A stretch of DNA of 64,000 bases, taken from the IMG/VR virus record IMGVR_UViG_3300020166_000010. The stretch is one strand, 5' to 3'. This document shows, piece by piece, positions 45,170 through 53,830 of the stretch. Below the pieces are notes generated by a model, which saw only the letters and a program-made list of their open reading frames with translations, was not told where the DNA came from and did no database searches. Every line of letters starts with the position of its first letter. The stretch's first letter is position 1. A program made the position numbers and the translations under genes. Source of the DNA: a virus.

Positions 45170-45349
45170 CTAAGCTTTATTCGCTTCAGATACCGCAACT
45201 CTTACGTCTTGCGCTAATCCTTTAACTGTTTGCATTGCTTTACGAACTCTTGTTCCCGCAGCTTTGTTTCCTTTTTCATCGAATTTTGCAACGTCAGTTC
45301 CAATTTCAGCGATTACTTCTTCTAATGTGTTGATTAATTCTTGTATCAT
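45170..45349 (-). CDS. histone H1-like protein Hc1 family (59 aa)
   Basis: Manual translation ...KFDEKGNKAAGTRVRKAMQTVKGLAQDVR; own promoter 45378-45404 and terminator. Confidence 0.9.
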   Translation of the reverse strand: MIQELINTLEEVIAEIGTDVAKFDEKGNKAAGTRVRKAMQTVKGLAQDVRVAVSEANKA

Positions 45350-45412
45350 AATTTAAATTTTATTAATAATTCTAGATTTATATAAGATAAAGTTAAATAG
45401 TTTCAATATATT

Positions 45413-45706
45413 TTAATTAATTATAAATGTTTTTCCTTTTAAGATATATCCTATAACTTGTTTTTCACTTCTCTTTCTTACTGAAGTAACATATTGCACC
45501 GGTTTTTTAATGTTCGTGTATTCCACTGCGTATCCGTCGTATATGATAGTAACTGTTTCTCCTCCCGGTTCAAGTGAGATAGGGTTAGTCCTCATATCAG
45601 GTGTTGGCGTGTACATGTGGTGAAGGGACATTTCACGCGGGTCAAATGAGATAGGACTATTACTCATATCAGGTGTTGGCTTGTGTTTTTTTGAAAATGG
45701 ATTCAT
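45413..45706 (-). CDS. hypothetical protein with internal PTPDM duplication
   Basis: PTPDMSNSPIS / PTPDMRTNPIS. Confidence 0.7.
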   Translation of the reverse strand: MNPFSKKHKPTPDMSNSPISFDPREMSLHHMYTPTPDMRTNPISLEPGGETVTIIYDGYAVEYTNIKKPVQYVTSVRKRSEKQVIGYILKGKTFIIN

Positions 45707-45708
45707 TT

Positions 45709-46458
45709 CTATACTAATTTATTTCCATGTTTCCAATGTGCTCTATCGTATAGCTTATTATTAGGCGGAGTTTTACTGTAATAGTAAAATGCTAAACTTC
45801 TTCGGCTTTCTCCAGGAGGGCATTTTAAAGGTTCTGGGTGACCATGTGGAGCATCTTCTATATTAAATATAATAGCTCTACCATATTTAGGCTGTAATGT
45901 CTTGAAATCTTCTGTCAAATCTGATTTCCAAAGTTCAAGCGCTCCTTGCCAATTATCTTCCCATTCTTCGTTTAAGTATATTAATAGGTTAACTTTACGA
46001 TACATTCTCACAGGAGCAATATCATCCTTATAATTAAAATCATGGTGAATATTTAAGAGTCCACCTGGATATGTGACATGAAATCCTCCACCTTCAAGTC
46101 CCCAGTCTGGTGATAGATCTTCAATCCCAGTTAACTGGCGCATAAATTCCATAAATTCATCACTATTAAAATACCTACATAATAAATTCATATAGTACGG
46201 CATTTTTTCAAGATCTCTAATACCTCTCTTGAATACCTGATCATTGTGGTCGATCATATCGTTCCATTGCTTTGATCCCATTCTCCATTCACTGGTTTCT
46301 GCGTCTTCTTCATTTACTAGAAACTTGGCTTCTCCTGCAACATCATCTAATATGGTTTTATTTACAAAATCATTAAATACAATGTGTGGAAATTCTGCTG
46401 CAGTATTGTATGTTGGTGCGAGGGAAGTCGCCGCTACGTTTATTTCTGGGTTTATCAT
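45709..46458 (-). CDS. 2OG-Fe(II) oxygenase (prolyl-hydroxylase-like)
   Basis: GGGFH, LNIHHDFN, NLLIYLN, GALELW, HGHP, RRSLAFYYY. Confidence 0.9.
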   Translation of the reverse strand: MINPEINVAATSLAPTYNTAAEFPHIVFNDFVNKTILDDVAGEAKFLVNEEDAETSEWRMGSKQWNDMIDHNDQVFKRGIRDLEKMPYYMNLLCRYFNSDEFMEFMRQLTGIEDLSPDWGLEGGGFHVTYPGGLLNIHHDFNYKDDIAPVRMYRKVNLLIYLNEEWEDNWQGALELWKSDLTEDFKTLQPKYGRAIIFNIEDAPHGHPEPLKCPPGESRRSLAFYYYSKTPPNNKLYDRAHWKHGNKLV

Positions 46459-46461
46459 AAC

Positions 46462-46662
46462 TTACTTTTTTGTTTTGTTTTTAGGCTGTTGTGAAATTTC
46501 GTGGTAAGAATCTTTATCCTTAATACATTTTTCACAATAAGGAGTTCTATAATATCCTTTGTCTGGATGTCCTCTGTGCATTTCCCGAGTTACTGTATAT
46601 AAATCATTGTCTGGGAAATCAGTAAGACATCCGCTGCATACTGTTATTCTTGCTCTTGCCAT
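46462..46662 (-). CDS. small CxxC..CxxC zinc-binding protein
   Basis: CSGC...CEKC. Confidence 0.65.
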   Translation of the reverse strand: MARARITVCSGCLTDFPDNDLYTVTREMHRGHPDKGYYRTPYCEKCIKDKDSYHEISQQPKNKTKK

Positions 46663-47342
46663 TGTTCTAAGTGTTTTTCCATTTTAGATAAATTCATTGT
46701 GATATCTTTAGGGAAGTGGTCAGGTGCAATAGATTCAAGTACTCCTGGTTTTGTTATTTTAGCTAAATCAAACATCGATTTAGTTTGGGTTCCAATATTG
46801 TATAATCCGGTTGCATTGCTTCTTACCATTTCTACTAAAATTTCAGCAATCACATCTGGATAATCGAAATTTCCATATACGTTTGTGAATGCACTTTCAT
46901 AAGGAAATGGATCCTCCTTCTGAGCTCCTCTAAGAATTAAATAATCATTAGAATGTTTCATTATATACTCATCTGCAAGTACCTTAGACATTGCGTATGG
47001 AGTTGTAGGTTTGGTCTTGTCAGTTTCTTTTGCATTAGCTTTAGAATTCTCATAAACATAATCCGTAGAAAAATGAACCAATTTGATATTATTTTTATTA
47101 CAATAGTCTACTAAACTAATTACCGCTCGATAATTAGTTTCAAACATTCCATTAATATCAGTACTATATGTATCTGTGTTCGCTATTAGATTGATGGCAC
47201 ATGTTATTCCGTTTGGTATATTTCCTTTCCAAGTAGATTTCTTATTGATATCAAAACCATGTTCTCTTCTTGAAAGATATTGCCACCCACTTGCACCGAT
47301 TACAGCACTTCCTAATAAACCATCACCTAATACTAAATTCAT
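46644..47342 (-). CDS. RmlD-like NDP-sugar reductase (SDR)
   Basis: LGDGLLG, HFSTDYVY, YAMSK. Confidence 0.85.
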   Translation of the reverse strand: MNLVLGDGLLGSAVIGASGWQYLSRREHGFDINKKSTWKGNIPNGITCAINLIANTDTYSTDINGMFETNYRAVISLVDYCNKNNIKLVHFSTDYVYENSKANAKETDKTKPTTPYAMSKVLADEYIMKHSNDYLILRGAQKEDPFPYESAFTNVYGNFDYPDVIAEILVEMVRSNATGLYNIGTQTKSMFDLAKITKPGVLESIAPDHFPKDITMNLSKMEKHLEQWQEQE

Positions 47343-47353
47343 ACTAATTATAT

Positions 47354-48664
47354 TTAGAAATTTCTATTTGTTTCGTAAATTGCCTTGATCACTGGAAATC
47401 TTAAGGAATATCCTCCCTGTAAGTTTTCAGTTTCTTCAAAATACTGAACTGTGATTGTTTTACCAATAATTTCTTCAGGGTTTTTAAAGTATTTTCTACG
47501 TTGTTCTTGAGAAAATCCGCTACCAACCTGAACCTGACATCCTTTGTGTTCAATGATAACATTCTTTAACATTTCCTCTTCAACCTCTTTACCTTCAACA
47601 ATTACTCTATTGATTGAGTTTTCAACGCCAATTACTAAATATTCAGCATCAACAAAGGTTTTAATCTTTAAAATATCTGAAGATCTTTTACCTTTATAAA
47701 TTTCATTCTTACGAATCATTAAACCTTCCCATCCGTATTTGTTAGCTTTAGCGATTTGATCTTCTAATTGCTGATCATCTTCTACAACCTCTTGACGAGT
47801 CATCGTGATATAATTATTAAAGGATTTCATGTAAATATCCATGAATGCGTCGAGTGCTTCATATCTTTTACTTAATATATTTCTTGATGTTCCAGAATCA
47901 AAATTCTCTGGGGTCAATATATCAAAAGTAATTAATCTTGGAAAATCGATAGTGTGGTTTTTACGACCTATTTCCTTAATGATACTTTGAAAGTCCTCAT
48001 CTCCTTTTTTATTTAAGATACAAATTTCTCCATCTAATACTACGTTCTTTGCACCTGAATCTTTAATCACTTGAGCAATCTTGCCTAAAGTTTTGAATTC
48101 ATTACCGGCTCTAGAGTAGAATTTAGCATCACTATTTCCATCAATGATACAAATACATCTTACACCATCTAATTTACGGCTAACATACCAGCCATCGTCC
48201 CAGTTTACTTTCTTTTTAGTCTTATCGTTATAAGTATCTGCTAAAGCAACATCAAAGGTTGGTATCAATCCTGGTACTACCTTGTTAATCGTGGTCGCTG
48301 TTGTTCTGGTTTTGAGGTTTCCATCAATAATATTCCAAATGATGTCCTCGTATTGTTTGTTTTCTAATACGAACCTGTTTACGTTTGCAATTGAATTATG
48401 TCCAGTAGTTACTCTATTATCTAAATCATCAAGTAAACTAAAGAAATCCCAATAAGTATTTGGATGACCGAGTAGGTCGCTCTTCTTTTTACAGTTCTTT
48501 GAAGTTACATAATATTGTTTATAAGGATCGTATGTGTATAACAAGGCCTTACGAACTACTTCGTATTGTGTGTATGTTTTTAATACTTCTAGTTTTTCCG
48601 TGTTTGAATTTGAAGAATTTGAAGCTTCAATGAAATCGTAAATTAATTGAAAGTCTGTACGCAT
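47354..48664 (-). CDS. ATP-dependent DNA ligase
   Basis: SRKLDGVR, VLDGE, WEGLMIR, YKGKRS, VGSGFS, SLRFP. Confidence 0.95.
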   Translation of the reverse strand: MRTDFQLIYDFIEASNSSNSNTEKLEVLKTYTQYEVVRKALLYTYDPYKQYYVTSKNCKKKSDLLGHPNTYWDFFSLLDDLDNRVTTGHNSIANVNRFVLENKQYEDIIWNIIDGNLKTRTTATTINKVVPGLIPTFDVALADTYNDKTKKKVNWDDGWYVSRKLDGVRCICIIDGNSDAKFYSRAGNEFKTLGKIAQVIKDSGAKNVVLDGEICILNKKGDEDFQSIIKEIGRKNHTIDFPRLITFDILTPENFDSGTSRNILSKRYEALDAFMDIYMKSFNNYITMTRQEVVEDDQQLEDQIAKANKYGWEGLMIRKNEIYKGKRSSDILKIKTFVDAEYLVIGVENSINRVIVEGKEVEEEMLKNVIIEHKGCQVQVGSGFSQEQRRKYFKNPEEIIGKTITVQYFEETENLQGGYSLRFPVIKAIYETNRNF

Positions 48665-48674
48665 GTGATGTTGT

Positions 48675-48722
48675 TTTGATTATATAGTAAATATAACACT
48701 TTTATTTGATATAAAAAAATAT
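48675..48722 (-). promoter_or_regulatory. early promoter core for ligase
   Basis: TTTTTTTATATCAAATAAAAGTGTTATATTTACTATATAAT. Confidence 0.75.
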
Positions 48723-48726
48723 AAGG

Positions 48727-49284
48727 CTATTTATTTTCAAATAATTTACTTATTAATTTGTTTCTAATCTTTTTTATTTTCTTAGATTTAACTTCCTTAA
48801 CTCCCCATGTTAAATCACTTTGAAAAATAGTACTTGTTTTAAATATAGTAGGAATAACGCTAAACCTCAATCTCATCCAAGCTGCGTTAAATCGAGTTCT
48901 CATCTTTTTTGAATGTTGTAGATAGAAGTAAACTTCTTTTTTGTGTAATCTGCTTTTTGTTTTATTATCGATAATATCATAAGCAAATCCTTTATTTAAT
49001 ACTTGATCAAAGAATCCTTCAAGGCCCGGTGAAATTCCACCTAGATTAACGTTAGATATAAAATGAATATGATCTGCTGTTTTAATAAGATGTTTGTAGT
49101 GTCTTGCAATCAGGTTAGAGGCCGTGGCGTCAGTTGCCATTGGATTAAATTCATCCCGATATAAATCAACTACATCGCATTTAAACCCTCTCTTTGAATA
49201 AATTAATTTTATTGTAGGTGTTATTAATTTATGTGAAATTCCATGCGGATTAGGATCCGAAACTATTATTATACCTTTAGCCAT
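48727..49284 (-). CDS. divergent flavodoxin-fold protein
   Basis: VVDLYRDEFNP, GFFDQVLNKGFAY. Confidence 0.7.
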   Translation of the reverse strand: MAKGIIIVSDPNPHGISHKLITPTIKLIYSKRGFKCDVVDLYRDEFNPMATDATASNLIARHYKHLIKTADHIHFISNVNLGGISPGLEGFFDQVLNKGFAYDIIDNKTKSRLHKKEVYFYLQHSKKMRTRFNAAWMRLRFSVIPTIFKTSTIFQSDLTWGVKEVKSKKIKKIRNKLISKLFENK

Positions 49285-49293
49285 AAACTTAAA

Positions 49294-49851
49294 TTAATCC
49301 CACCATGATTGTATATTTCTTTCTATCATTTTATGTAATGTCTTTCTTGCTCTTTCTTGATTAAGATGAGCAACATTCATCGCAATTCTTCTTTTATCTT
49401 CAAACGTTGTTTTACCTTCCAATAATTTAAAAGGACCTTCTCCATCTAATGCTCTTTTATGGATTAGTGGATATTTTTTAAAGAACTCATCATATCTTTC
49501 TGATATGTAATCAACGTCAAGAGTAGAACAACCATCACAATCACCAGCTTCTCTAATTACTACGGGAACAAAGTTATATTTAACATCTTCATAATCAAAA
49601 TATTCCATTGCATATTCTTCATCACCTACTAGTTTCATTAACTTTAATGTGGTTCTGATTCTTTTAGCGTTATCCTTAGCGGACGATGTGGATGCCCTGT
49701 TTGATTCTAAGAAATCTGCAATCCTACCTAATTGATGTGCAAATAAATCAGTTGCATATGTATAGTCCCAATCATATCCTTTCCATATAATAGGTAAGAA
49801 ATCTAATACTCTTTTAATTTGTCGATATTTACGTTTAAACCAATATATCAT
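49294..49851 (-). CDS. phage hypothetical protein
   Basis: PIIWKGYDWDY...IQSWWD motif. Confidence 0.8.
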   Translation of the reverse strand: MIYWFKRKYRQIKRVLDFLPIIWKGYDWDYTYATDLFAHQLGRIADFLESNRASTSSAKDNAKRIRTTLKLMKLVGDEEYAMEYFDYEDVKYNFVPVVIREAGDCDGCSTLDVDYISERYDEFFKKYPLIHKRALDGEGPFKLLEGKTTFEDKRRIAMNVAHLNQERARKTLHKMIERNIQSWWD

Positions 49852-49855
49852 ATGT

Positions 49856-49981
49856 TTATTTTAATTTCATGTCTTTGCAAGTACATTCTCCATCCTCATT
49901 CCATTCTCCACAGCATTCTTTCTTGGCAGAGGATTTCTCTTCATTCCACATATCATCCCAGTATACAAAATCATTCTGCAT
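49856..49981 (-). CDS. 41-aa Cys/Trp-rich peptide
   Basis: Manual translation MQNDFVYWDDMWNEE...CCGEWNEDGECTCK; fills gap. Confidence 0.5.
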   Translation of the reverse strand: MQNDFVYWDDMWNEEKSSAKKECCGEWNEDGECTCKDMKLK

Positions 49982-50198
49982 TTTCTAACTTCTCAAATTT
50001 ATATTTACCTTTAATTATACTATTTAAAGAGACTCCCTGTGATGTTGCATCCCTAAATGTATGGTAATCTATTTCTTCTACTCCTTTATATAAATAAGAA
50101 CCGTGTTTGAAATTTACAAATAAATCCTTTGTTTCGTATAAATAAGTTGAAGATTCTACTGTTGATGAATCGTATACGTTAGTTTGTGTTTTAATCAT
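49971..50198 (-). CDS. KTSC domain protein
   Basis: SSTVESSTY..LFVNFKHGSYLYKGV..ATSQGVSLN..IKGKY. Confidence 0.85.
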   Translation of the reverse strand: MIKTQTNVYDSSTVESSTYLYETKDLFVNFKHGSYLYKGVEEIDYHTFRDATSQGVSLNSIIKGKYKFEKLENAE

Positions 50199-50200
50199 AA

Positions 50201-50512
50201 TTATGCTTTTATAACATTATCAACTAATTCTGACAAAGCTTCTCTTTTGCTTCCAACTGATTTTGCAATTAACTCTCCTCCTACAAATCCTACGAATGTA
50301 GGTAAGTTTCGAACTACTGTAATTCCTCTTGATTCAACGAATTTCTCAGCATCTGCATATATAAAAACAACATCTTCGTTTGCTGCTGCTAATTTCTTTA
50401 CTTGAGGTTTCATTACTTTACAAGCTCCGCACCATGAGGCTCCGAACTGAACTACAACCTTTTGATTGTCACTTACATATTGCTGTAAATTGTCTTCTGT
50501 TAATTCTATCAT
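50201..50512 (-). CDS. thioredoxin
   Basis: FGASWCGACK, LPTF; class II promoter 50530-50556. Confidence 0.92.
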   Translation of the reverse strand: MIELTEDNLQQYVSDNQKVVVQFGASWCGACKVMKPQVKKLAAANEDVVFIYADAEKFVESRGITVVRNLPTFVGFVGGELIAKSVGSKREALSELVDNVIKA

Positions 50513-50553
50513 AACTGTTTATTTAAATATTATATAATTATTTATAGATTTGT

Positions 50554-51339
50554 TTACTTGAAAATCGATAAAAATCTTCTAAAAATAGACTTTCTAGTTT
50601 CTTTCTTATGTGTGCGATCTTTTTCTTTAATCACCGGCGCATTTGACTTTTCATCAATACTAGTCCAGGCTTCATAGTGCGATCCCCAATCTGAATATGG
50701 ATATATTGTATGTCCAAAGTCTCCCCATTGAGTTCCCCATGAATTTCTTAGAATAAAACCGGTTTCAGTATATCCGACAACGCAGAGTGCGTGGCCTCCT
50801 AATATATTCTCCGACCACTTTGCTTTCCAAAAAGTATCAGTGTCATTAAAAACTGGCATTGCAATGTAAGCAGGTCCGTTTTTATAGATTGATTTTTTTA
50901 ATCCATCAATCGTCATAATTCTAGCATATCCTAGAATTCTATGGTTTAGTGCTTCATCTAAAACCTCTTGTGGAATATCTTCTACGTCTTTCCATCTTCT
51001 TTTATATGATTTTGCAGATGGAATTCCATACTTTCTTAGAAGTTGCATGGTATGACGAGGTGTCATTCCTTTCTGTGGTTTATTAACTCTTAAATTATAT
51101 AAGAAATATTTAGAAAGACTTTCAGTAGATCCATAGTCTTTTAATTCTTGCCAAGTTTTTATCGCAGCAGCCGCATACGAAGAACAGGGTCCGTCCGATC
51201 CTTGATCCCATGCTGTTGGTAAATCCTTTCTGTAATCTACCTCAGCTGGATATTCAAAAAGAGGATGATTAATGCTTTCAATCGTAAGATCCCTAACATC
51301 AAATTCAGATGTTTCAATATTTAATAGTTCTCTGTTCAT
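50554..51339 (-). CDS. papain-like C1 cysteine peptidase
   Basis: VDYR, DQGSDGPCSSYA, GGHAL, LRNSWG. Confidence 0.9.
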   Translation of the reverse strand: MNRELLNIETSEFDVRDLTIESINHPLFEYPAEVDYRKDLPTAWDQGSDGPCSSYAAAAIKTWQELKDYGSTESLSKYFLYNLRVNKPQKGMTPRHTMQLLRKYGIPSAKSYKRRWKDVEDIPQEVLDEALNHRILGYARIMTIDGLKKSIYKNGPAYIAMPVFNDTDTFWKAKWSENILGGHALCVVGYTETGFILRNSWGTQWGDFGHTIYPYSDWGSHYEAWTSIDEKSNAPVIKEKDRTHKKETRKSIFRRFLSIFK

Positions 51340-51350
51340 ATTGATTTATT

Positions 51351-51857
51351 TTAAAATGAAAGATATGTCTTCCATTCCTTATATATATAGTTAACTTGAC
51401 GGAGTAGCATTAGATAGTGGGGTCGGGTTGGTTTATCGATTTCTGCTCCAAATTCTTCTAAGTCCAAACTACCTTTACTATTATTGCATTTAAAACAAGC
51501 AGTTACTAGATTATTCCATGTATTTTTACCACCCTTACTTTGTGGAATCACATGATCAATTGTAAGATCTTGTCTTTTATTAGCACCGCAATAAACACAT
51601 GCATTCCCGTCTCGTCTGAACACATTCAGCTTACTTAGAGGGACTTTGTGCTGTCCTGTTTTAATATACTTAGGAATTCTAATAATTGAAGGTTTGTTGA
51701 TCTTAAGGTCCTCATCCACAAATTTAAAATATTGAGGATGCTCAGCCACTACCTCCGCGTTTCCTTTATATACTATAACAAAGGCTCGGGTTGAAGATAT
51801 GATACTTCTCGGCATGTAACTAGAATCTAAGACTAATGTCTTTTTAAAATCGGGCAT
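51351..51857 (-). CDS. HNH endonuclease (McrA-like)
   Basis: RRDGNACVYCG, TIDHVIPQSKGG, WNNLVTACFKCNNSK. Confidence 0.92.
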   Translation of the reverse strand: MPDFKKTLVLDSSYMPRSIISSTRAFVIVYKGNAEVVAEHPQYFKFVDEDLKINKPSIIRIPKYIKTGQHKVPLSKLNVFRRDGNACVYCGANKRQDLTIDHVIPQSKGGKNTWNNLVTACFKCNNSKGSLDLEEFGAEIDKPTRPHYLMLLRQVNYIYKEWKTYLSF

Positions 51858-51882
51858 TATCTTTTATGTATGTAATTAATAA

Positions 51883-51959
51883 TGGTGAACCAGGTAGGAT
51901 TCGAACCTACGACCGTCGCCTTAGAAGGGCGATGCTCTATCCAGCTGAGCTACTAGTCC
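51883..51959 (-). tRNA. tRNA-Arg(TCT)
   Basis: Full cloverleaf, CT-TCT-AA, encoded CCA. Confidence 0.95.
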
Positions 51960-51968
51960 AATAAAATC

Positions 51969-52064
51969 GAGGGGCTTCACTCCTTTAGCGCGCTTGCAGC
52001 ATCAGAGTCCCAACCAAAGCTATCCGTCGATAGTTCCCTTTGGATTTTATGTTTAACTCCCCTC
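51969..52064 (-). ncRNA. unclassified structured RNA between tRNA-Glu and tRNA-Arg
   Basis: GAGGGG/CCCCTC closing stem; CCAAAG..CTATC-GACG-GATAG-CTTTGG; ACTCT/GGAGT. Confidence 0.65.
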
Positions 52065-52066
52065 TT

Positions 52067-52141
52067 TGGTAGCCCGTAAGAGAATCGAACTCTTATTTTA
52101 CGGATGAAAACCGCATGTCCTAACCGTTAGACGAACGGGCC
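52067..52141 (-). tRNA. tRNA-Glu(TTC)
   Basis: Full cloverleaf, TT-TTC-AT, encoded CCA. Confidence 0.95.
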
Positions 52142-52189
52142 AAATTTGAATTCCAGTATGTAAAGAACATTTAATTCGTTATTCTTTAT

Positions 52190-52216
52190 TTATACTTGAA
52201 TTTTAAATAAAGTTTC
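52190..52216 (-). promoter_or_regulatory. class II promoter for tRNA-Glu/ncRNA/tRNA-Arg, followed by boxA-like GTTCTTTA
   Basis: GAAAC-N17-TATAA. Confidence 0.75.
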
Positions 52217-52298
52217 CAAAAGATTACACAATATCTAACATAGTTCAAATCTCTTAGCTACCCAACCATATTTATCTGACACTATTTTAATTATAATA

Positions 52299-53045
52299 CT
52301 AGAACAGCGGTTCATTAATTTTAGAAAGCCTCTCTATTGTTATATTATATGCGCCTTCCCCTATATCACATCCAATATATTGTCTATTCAATTCTTTAGC
52401 CGCTACTAAAGTAGTTCCAGATCCCATATAAAAATCTGCAACGATATCTCCTTCATTGCTACTAGACTTTACAATTCTTTTTAATAATTCTAAAGGCTTT
52501 TGAGTAGCATATCCAACTCTTTCTTTTTTATCATTCTGGCCTAAAATATTTATATTCCAAACGTCTCCTATAATTTTACCATCTTCGTGATAATACTTTT
52601 CTTTAGCATAACCACGCGGTGCTGATTCTGAATATGGTTCACGTATGGGGTTAAATGTAAAATTGTCTGTTTTAGAATATCTAAATATAGTATCGTGTCT
52701 GCTTCCAAAACAATTCTTTTTTCTAGGAGCTGAATTATATTGCCAAATAATTTCATTTCTAAAATTATTCCAACCAAAAATATCATCTAAAATACATCTA
52801 ATCCAATGGTTTATTCTCCAATCCATTTGTATGTAAATCTGTCCAGTATCTTTAAGAACTCTTTTCATTTCTAAAAATCTACTTATATAGTGTTCTTCTA
52901 TTTCTGATTTAATAGGTTTAAGATCCTGATAATCTTCAAAATTCCTACCAGTTCCATACAATATATCACAATAGATTAAATCTATAGAAGATTCTTCTAA
53001 TCTCTTTAATACTTTTAAGTTGTCCTCACAAAATATATTATCCAT
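52299..53045 (-). CDS. beta-class N6/N4 DNA methyltransferase
   Basis: IDLIYCDILY (DPPY variant), FRNEIIW, YATQKPLELL, VADFYMGSGTT. Confidence 0.88.
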   Translation of the reverse strand: MDNIFCEDNLKVLKRLEESSIDLIYCDILYGTGRNFEDYQDLKPIKSEIEEHYISRFLEMKRVLKDTGQIYIQMDWRINHWIRCILDDIFGWNNFRNEIIWQYNSAPRKKNCFGSRHDTIFRYSKTDNFTFNPIREPYSESAPRGYAKEKYYHEDGKIIGDVWNINILGQNDKKERVGYATQKPLELLKRIVKSSSNEGDIVADFYMGSGTTLVAAKELNRQYIGCDIGEGAYNITIERLSKINEPLF

Positions 53046-53074
53046 AATTGTTTATTTTTATATATTTAAATATA

Positions 53075-53686
53075 TTAAGACCAAATTTCCATCATTTTTC
53101 GAGTCTTCACTATTTGTTTATTATAGAACAAATTTATATTTTGTTTCAATAAATCACACCATTCTTTTTCATCAACATTTTCATTCATTAGCATTTTTTT
53201 ATTAGCATTTTTTATTTGGATTTGACCTTTACCAATTGCTCCAATCCCTAAAATATCCCAATGAAATTGATAAATGTTTATTATTTTTACTTCTACAATT
53301 TCTACAACATCACCATTTCTCGTATAATCTATAAAAATATATGATAACTCTACGTTTTTTTGAGTTAAAACCTTTCTTCGTAAAACATCTACGGAAATTA
53401 AATTAGGCATAGAAAATCCATTCTTTTGTATGTGGTGTGTTTTAACATCATACATAAATCTAATATCGCCATCTTGTACAGAAAGGTCATCACAACTTTT
53501 TTTACCACTAGCACCTATGAATGCATCACCAAATTTAAGTTTAACGATATCTATAACCTTAGCCTCTACTATATCTCCAATTGTTCGCTGCCCGAGATCA
53601 GAATTAACATTAAATCTTTTTTCTATAGAAGTCTCTATAGTTGCTCTTAATTCTCTGTTAAATTTTAATACTTTTTTAGTTTCCAT
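53075..53686 (-). CDS. putative type II restriction endonuclease (HincII-like)
   Basis: QRTIGDIVE..CDD..YDVKT..SMPNLISV..GQIQ; directly upstream of MTase. Confidence 0.6.
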   Translation of the reverse strand: METKKVLKFNRELRATIETSIEKRFNVNSDLGQRTIGDIVEAKVIDIVKLKFGDAFIGASGKKSCDDLSVQDGDIRFMYDVKTHHIQKNGFSMPNLISVDVLRRKVLTQKNVELSYIFIDYTRNGDVVEIVEVKIINIYQFHWDILGIGAIGKGQIQIKNANKKMLMNENVDEKEWCDLLKQNINLFYNKQIVKTRKMMEIWS

Positions 53687-53696
53687 TATATTGTTT

Positions 53697-53792
53697 GTTT
53701 TTAATTATAGTTAAATATAACACTTTTTATTGAAACAAAAAAATCTAGGGCATTTATTTTCACAGAAAGTCCTATTTATAATGATTATAGAT
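53697..53792 (-). promoter_or_regulatory. early promoter cassette with palindrome 53774-53792
   Basis: ATTTATAATGATTATAGAT + CCCTAGATTTTTTT + GTGTTATATTTAACTATAAT. Confidence 0.8.
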
Positions 53793-53830
53793 AAGGGATC
53801 CAATTATATTAGAAGTTTATGATCTTAATT

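Noticed and set aside
51351-51857. HNH as intron/intein-encoded homing endonuclease
   Set aside because: Free-standing McrA-like type; flanking genes are uninterrupted
51969-52064. tRNA-associated HDV-like (theta) or hammerhead ribozyme
   Set aside because: Could not build the nested double pseudoknot or the CUGAnGA/GAAA core; left unclassified
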